DNA of 64,000 nt from the IMG/VR virus record IMGVR_UViG_3300036790_000386, positions 37,928 through 101,927 of that record; one strand, 5' to 3'. Position 1 is the first letter of the stretch; each line of letters opens with the position of its first letter. Position numbers and translations under genes: made by a program. The notes under the pieces were generated by a model. The model did not search any database, was not told the origin of the DNA, and saw nothing but the letters and a program-made list of their open reading frames with translations. Below, piece by piece: positions 59,861 to 64,000 of the stretch. The stretch is from a virus.

Positions 59861-59996
59861 CTCAAGTAGCGTAGATTAGAGTTACTCCTTTACATGGACG
59901 GGTTGCGGGTTCGAATCCCGCTTAGAGTTGCTAAGCGTCTCTAATAGTTTAATTGGATAAAATACGTAAAAGACTCTGATCGAATAATCTCTTGGG
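59861..59996 (+). ncRNA. YrlA-like RNA 5
   Basis: CTCAAG/CTTGGG stem; T arm GCGGG-TTCGAAT-CCCGC, TTAGAG/CTCTAA stem, D arm TAGTTTAATTGGATAAAAT. Confidence 0.85.
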
Positions 59997-60006
59997 ACTA
60001 AAGTTA

Positions 60007-60093
60007 ACAGATAGCGTAAATTAGAGATACTTCTAAACACTCAGTCTGGAAACATGATTTTTCATGTAAAACTCTAATTGATTAAACTTCTGT
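60007..60093 (+). ncRNA. Y-RNA-like ncRNA 6 (minimal)
   Basis: ACAG/CTGT stem, TAGCGTAAA, AATTAGAG/CTCTAATT, ATACTTC. Confidence 0.6.
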
Positions 60094-60195
60094 GAAGAGG
60101 TGGATTGACAACTGACACGAACCGACCACGCAAACGGGCACAGTGTTGGAATTGTAGATTAATTCCGCTTAAATCTTCATTAAAAATTGCTTAAA

Positions 60196-60272
60196 CTGCC
60201 TGTGGCGTAGCTTGGTAGCGCACTAGTTTTGGGTACTAGGGGTCGCAGGTTCAAATCCTGCCGGGCAGACCA
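60196..60272 (+). tRNA. tRNA-Pro(UGG)
   Basis: Cloverleaf; anticodon loop TTTGGGT; encoded CCA. Confidence 0.92.
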
Positions 60273-60340
60273 ACTAAAGAGTATCGTGACGATTTTATGC
60301 CTCTTGGTGTGGCGAAATCTAGCATAAATAGGTGCAGATA

Positions 60341-60523
60341 ATGAGCGAAACTCTCGCTGCATTTTCAGATGCGGAACTGAAAGCGGAGCTTAGCCGGCGA
60401 AAAGAACTTAAGGACCAAGCGCATTGGGACACCCGGAAGGCCAATGCAAAATATCTCTGCCTCGGCTGCGGAACACCGGATAGCTGGCACACTCGCGGTT
60501 GCCCCATCGATACTTCTGGTTGA
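60341..60523 (+). CDS. Small zinc-binding protein
   Basis: CLGCG...H..GC. Confidence 0.45.
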   Translation: MSETLAAFSDAELKAELSRRKELKDQAHWDTRKANAKYLCLGCGTPDSWHTRGCPIDTSG

Positions 60524-60829
60524 AAGGACGAATTATGAGGATCGTGGCGACATACCGACGCCAAGGCCATAGCGGGCAGGCGTGGCGGCTCCTGGAAAAC
60601 GGCGTCTGCCAGAGATGGTTTCCTCAGTTTTCGTTCTGGATTTACGCTAGAACATATGAAAAGTAGTCCGCATCATGAGCATTTTAGCCCGAACCACCTG
60701 TGACAGAAAGATCAAATAATTGAACCCATTCACGCCTTGGCAGCGTTTTACGTTGCGTGTGCTTATCTATTGGGATCGGTTCGTATGGGCGCTGTATCGG
60801 AAGCGCCAAGTTGATAGGAAGTACAATCC

Positions 60830-61093
60830 ATGAGCAAAATAACCAATTTAAGGCAGCGAACGATTTCCGAGAAACATGTAGTAGGGATTGCGTGTGACGC
60901 CTGCCAAAAAGAAATTTCGGACGCGTATTTTGACGTTGTGACCAGTCACAGTGATTGGGGGAATGACAGTATCGACAGCGTTGAAAATTTCGATTTTTGC
61001 TCTCTCGAATGTCTTATGCCGCACATGTCTGCGTTTTTTAAAAAAGCCGGCGGAACAGAGCAATATGAAATTGAGAGAAAGACGTACAAATGA
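60830..61093 (+). CDS. Small Cys-motif protein
   Basis: CDAC...HSDWGNDS.DS....DFCS..C. Confidence 0.6.
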   Translation: MSKITNLRQRTISEKHVVGIACDACQKEISDAYFDVVTSHSDWGNDSIDSVENFDFCSLECLMPHMSAFFKKAGGTEQYEIERKTYK

Positions 61094-61639
61094 GCCAACC
61101 AGAGCCTGGCATCATAAAAAAGATCTTTGATCGATTAGATGCTGGTTCTGCGCCAGGAGGTGGCGTTGCGTATTGCGCGCTTTGGCTGAGTGAGTTCAAA
61201 AAGACCATCCCATGGCAGTATTTTTTGAAGTGCGTACGTCGATGGGAATATCTTCGGAAAAATGCAAGGCAGTCCGTACCATGAGCAAAAAGGACGGTGC
61301 AGAAAAGGCGTTGGATGCCATCCTGAACGACCCGTCTCTTAGGGAAGAGTTAGAGGGCTCCATAAAGGAGGGAAACCGGCCAGATACTGACAAGACAAAA
61401 GCGATTAGGGATGCGCTCTCTAAAATGCGGGAAGGCAGTAAAAGGAAGTTAAACTAATGAGCGCCACAGAATGGCTTATTGCGGGCGTGGTCATATTCAT
61501 GATTTTGGTGTGGGTCTTTAGCGAACCAAAATATCCAATGGGCGTTGGTGAGCGGCCGAAAACGTCCAAGCCAATACCCGCGAAAGGATACATCAAATGA
61601 GCCAAACTTTGTTGGAGGTCGGACAAACCTGGGTTGCTG

Positions 61640-61915
61640 ATGGGTGTTAACATTTACATCGCCATCGAAGGATGGAATTCCTGCGCAAACGGCGGGATGA
61701 AAGAAATCTTTCGGAATGACGAGAAGTTCCCCAAGGTATATCGTCCATCTGTTCCAGGATCAGACCCTGGCGACTATGACGACGATTTCCGGCCATCCGA
61801 TTTCGTAAAATGGCGCGAATCAATCTTAGCGCAAAACATAAACGTCGAGATGTGGATGCGCGCCATAGACGCCATGGAAGCCGAGCCTGATCTATGGGCA
61901 GGGGCGTCGTCTTAA
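61640..61915 (+). CDS. Hypothetical protein
   Basis: RPSDF..WR pattern. Confidence 0.5.
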   Translation: MGVNIYIAIEGWNSCANGGMKEIFRNDEKFPKVYRPSVPGSDPGDYDDDFRPSDFVKWRESILAQNINVEMWMRAIDAMEAEPDLWAGASS

Positions 61916-61949
61916 CCGAATTCAACAACTGCCGCGCAGATAAATGAGC

Positions 61950-62024
61950 GCTGGATTAGCACAATGGCAGTGCAGTGGTTTTGTAAACCGAAGGTTGCGG
62001 GTTCGATTCCTGCATCCAGCACCA
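61950..62024 (+). tRNA. tRNA-Thr(UGU)
   Basis: GCTGGAT/ATCCAGC acceptor stem; loop TTTGTAA; encoded CCA. Confidence 0.88.
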
Positions 62025-62096
62025 AATTCTGCCAGAGACACCGATATCTGGGTAAGCAGAATAATTCGGTTATATCAACAGAGAGTAACTTAAAAT

Positions 62097-62462
62097 ATGC
62101 GTAAATTCTTTCTTGCAACTGCACTAGCTTCACTTTTTGGAACTGTCGCTCTTGCTTCGCCTCCTTCTTTCAATATCTCCAGTGGTAGTTCTCTTTCGCT
62201 TGGGTCTGGTTCTGAATCTATTTCAAGTGCTGAAGCAGGATCTCCAACGCAAACAACTTTTGCATTTTCTGGCAATATTGGCACGGGTACAACAACAATT
62301 TCCGCAGACAACCTTGGTGGAACTTCGACTTCGACTTCTTTCAATCTCGGCGGCAGTCTTGCATCTCCGGGTGCGAACGCCAATGAAAATGGTATCTCTT
62401 ATGGCCAAGCATCTCTGACAAATACTTTCAACACAAATCTTAACGGCTTCGCTCCTTTCTAA
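62097..62462 (+). CDS. Putative exported Ser/Gly/Thr-rich protein
   Basis: Signal peptide MRKFFLATALASLFGTVALA. Confidence 0.6.
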   Translation: MRKFFLATALASLFGTVALASPPSFNISSGSSLSLGSGSESISSAEAGSPTQTTFAFSGNIGTGTTTISADNLGGTSTSTSFNLGGSLASPGANANENGISYGQASLTNTFNTNLNGFAPF

Positions 62463-62540
62463 CTATCAATCAAACAACACCAAACAAAGGATTCGGCCGG
62501 AAGAAGACTATCTCTTCCGGCTATCTCAGCAGGGGACCAA

Positions 62541-63161
62541 ATGCGTAAAATTGTTATTGGCTCTATTCTAAGCCTCCTTTTAGCTTCTCCTTCATTCGCT
62601 TCATCAACAACAACTTCAACTTCAGGCTCCGAATCAGTAGGTGCTGCCAGCATCATTCAAAATTCTACTGGCGCTAGTGGTGTTAACTATTCAGGTGGCT
62701 ACACAGTTCGCAATACTCCAGATCTTGGAGGACTAACAGCTATTCCATCTGCCAATTGCATGGGTGTTGATGGTATTGGTCTTGTTGGTCCAGGTGGCGG
62801 CCTCCAGCTTCTTGGTTCCAGACGTGATAGTGTTTGTACTTGGGAAGGTAAAGTTAATATGGCTGTTCATACCGGCCAACCCCAAGTTGGTCTTGTTATG
62901 TGGTGTATTAATGACCCAGATTATCGCAAAGCTCGCGAAATTTTAAATGAGCCTTGCCCGATTGCAAGTTATCCAAAAGGGCAGCAAGCTAAACTCCTAG
63001 AACAGATTGCTAAAGTTCAAACTCCAGCACCACAGCCCAAACAGACAGTAATCATCGAAATTGTTCCGGTGCCTATGTCAATCAATAAAAAAGTTACAGC
63101 TGATGATCTCAATAGAGAAATGCTTCAAGATATAAAAAACAGTAAGCAGCACAACGAATAA
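62541..63161 (+). CDS. Putative exported Cys-containing protein
   Basis: Signal peptide; RNTP...NCMG...D..C pattern. Confidence 0.6.
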   Translation: MRKIVIGSILSLLLASPSFASSTTTSTSGSESVGAASIIQNSTGASGVNYSGGYTVRNTPDLGGLTAIPSANCMGVDGIGLVGPGGGLQLLGSRRDSVCTWEGKVNMAVHTGQPQVGLVMWCINDPDYRKAREILNEPCPIASYPKGQQAKLLEQIAKVQTPAPQPKQTVIIEIVPVPMSINKKVTADDLNREMLQDIKNSKQHNE

Positions 63162-63252
63162 AAAAAACAACGCATAAACTAGAATCTTCATGCCCAACGA
63201 AATTATATCTTAGTTGGGCATTTTAACCTATAGCAAAACTTAGGAAATTGAA

Positions 63253-64000
63253 GTGAAGAGCAATATAAAAAAGGAAACTGAAGTTAATTTTACACATGAA
63301 GGTGCGCGTGCAGCAAACATCAATGCAGAGCAGCAACTGCGCCGGTCTGTTATGAATTGCCTTCTCTTTGAGAAAGAATTCTACGAAGACGGTGTTGAAA
63401 TTGCTAATCGCATTAAATCTCTTGTTGCACAAGTTTCTCCGTCCAAGGTTGCAGCTATCGCAATCCAAGCCCGAGATGAAATGCATCTTCGCCATGTACC
63501 GCTCTACTTGGTTGCCTGCCTTGCAGGAGTTACCAGTGGCACAAATCTCGTATCCAACACGCTTGCACACGTTATTCAACGTGCTGATGAACTTTCTGAG
63601 TTTCTTGCCATTTATGCCAAAGTGAATGGAGTCAAGCCAAGCGAAATCAAACCGAAACTATCAAATCAAGTACGCAAGGGCCTTGCACAAGCTTTTACCA
63701 AATTCAGCGCTTACTCCCTAGGTAAATATAACCGAGACGCTGAAATCAAGCTTAGAGATGCGCTTTTTCTTTCACACGCTAAACCAAAAGACGCAGAACA
63801 AGCTCTCACCTGGAAGAAGCTAATAGACGGCACTCTTGAAACTCCTGATACTTGGGAAGTTTCTCTTTCCAGCGGAGCCGATAAAAAGGAAACATTTGAG
63901 CGATTAATTAAAGAAGGCAAGCTTGGCTATTTTGCCCTCATCCGCAATCTGCGCAACATGAGCGAAGCACATTGTGATTTTTCTTTGGTTCATGAAGCAA
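63253..64000 (+). CDS. Ro60/Rsr TROVE-domain RNA-binding protein (3' end outside window; not in ORF track)
   Basis: Manual translation from GTG: THEGARA...LRRSVMNCLLFE.EFYE...AR.EMHLRHVP...QRADEL...KYNRD...LRDALFLSHAKP...TPDTWEV.LS...LGYFALIRNLRNM. Confidence 0.92.
   Translation, partial: MKSNIKKETEVNFTHEGARAANINAEQQLRRSVMNCLLFEKEFYEDGVEIANRIKSLVAQVSPSKVAAIAIQARDEMHLRHVPLYLVACLAGVTSGTNLVSNTLAHVIQRADELSEFLAIYAKVNGVKPSEIKPKLSNQVRKGLAQAFTKFSAYSLGKYNRDAEIKLRDALFLSHAKPKDAEQALTWKKLIDGTLETPDTWEVSLSSGADKKETFERLIKEGKLGYFALIRNLRNMSEAHCDFSLVHEA

Noticed and set aside
59529-59996. T-loop and D-loop sequences as ordinary, split or pseudo tRNA genes
   Set aside because: The arms are in permuted order, with no anticodon loop or CCA, inside a shared stem; this fits YrlA-like RNAs better
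58129-60093. Repeated TAGCGTAGA motif as a CRISPR array
   Set aside because: Spacing is irregular, flanks are variable and paired, and no cas genes are present
63223-63920. ORF-track calls 63223..63579, 63368..63625 and 63711..63920
   Set aside because: They are shadows of the TROVE reading frame
1-64000. Stop-codon reassignment or prophage boundaries
   Set aside because: Core genes are intact in the standard code, and no integrase, att site or host genes are visible

Overview
This window is about 64 kb of a tailed dsDNA bacteriophage (myovirus), apparently using the standard genetic code. From 1 to about 40.7 kb the minus strand carries nucleotide-metabolism genes, tail fibres and a depolymerase, baseplate, tape measure, tube and sheath, and a DUF2184/DUF2213/DUF1073-type head module. 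It also carries a large terminase with an Ala-initiated (class 3) LAGLIDADG intein and an extra degenerate nuclease domain. The 40.5-43.8 kb interval is a divergent control region with opposed CTAAAGC arrays, sigma70-like promoters and a long inverted repeat around an AT-rich core. From 43.8 to 64 kb the plus strand carries early and accessory genes. The most notable system is at 57.5-64 kb: six Y-RNA-like ncRNAs sharing a UAGCGUAGA...UAAUCU core, three of them with a circularly permuted tRNA-like module. They are interleaved with other structured RNAs, a HIRAN protein, an orphan Phd antitoxin and two tRNAs. A Ro60/TROVE gene missing from the ORF track runs off the right end. Also notable are five dispersed ~87-nt double-hairpin elements that keep their structure while their sequence varies, and an amidinotransferase plus pyruvoyl decarboxylase pair inside the head module. 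All family assignments are by-eye motif recognition; no searches were run.
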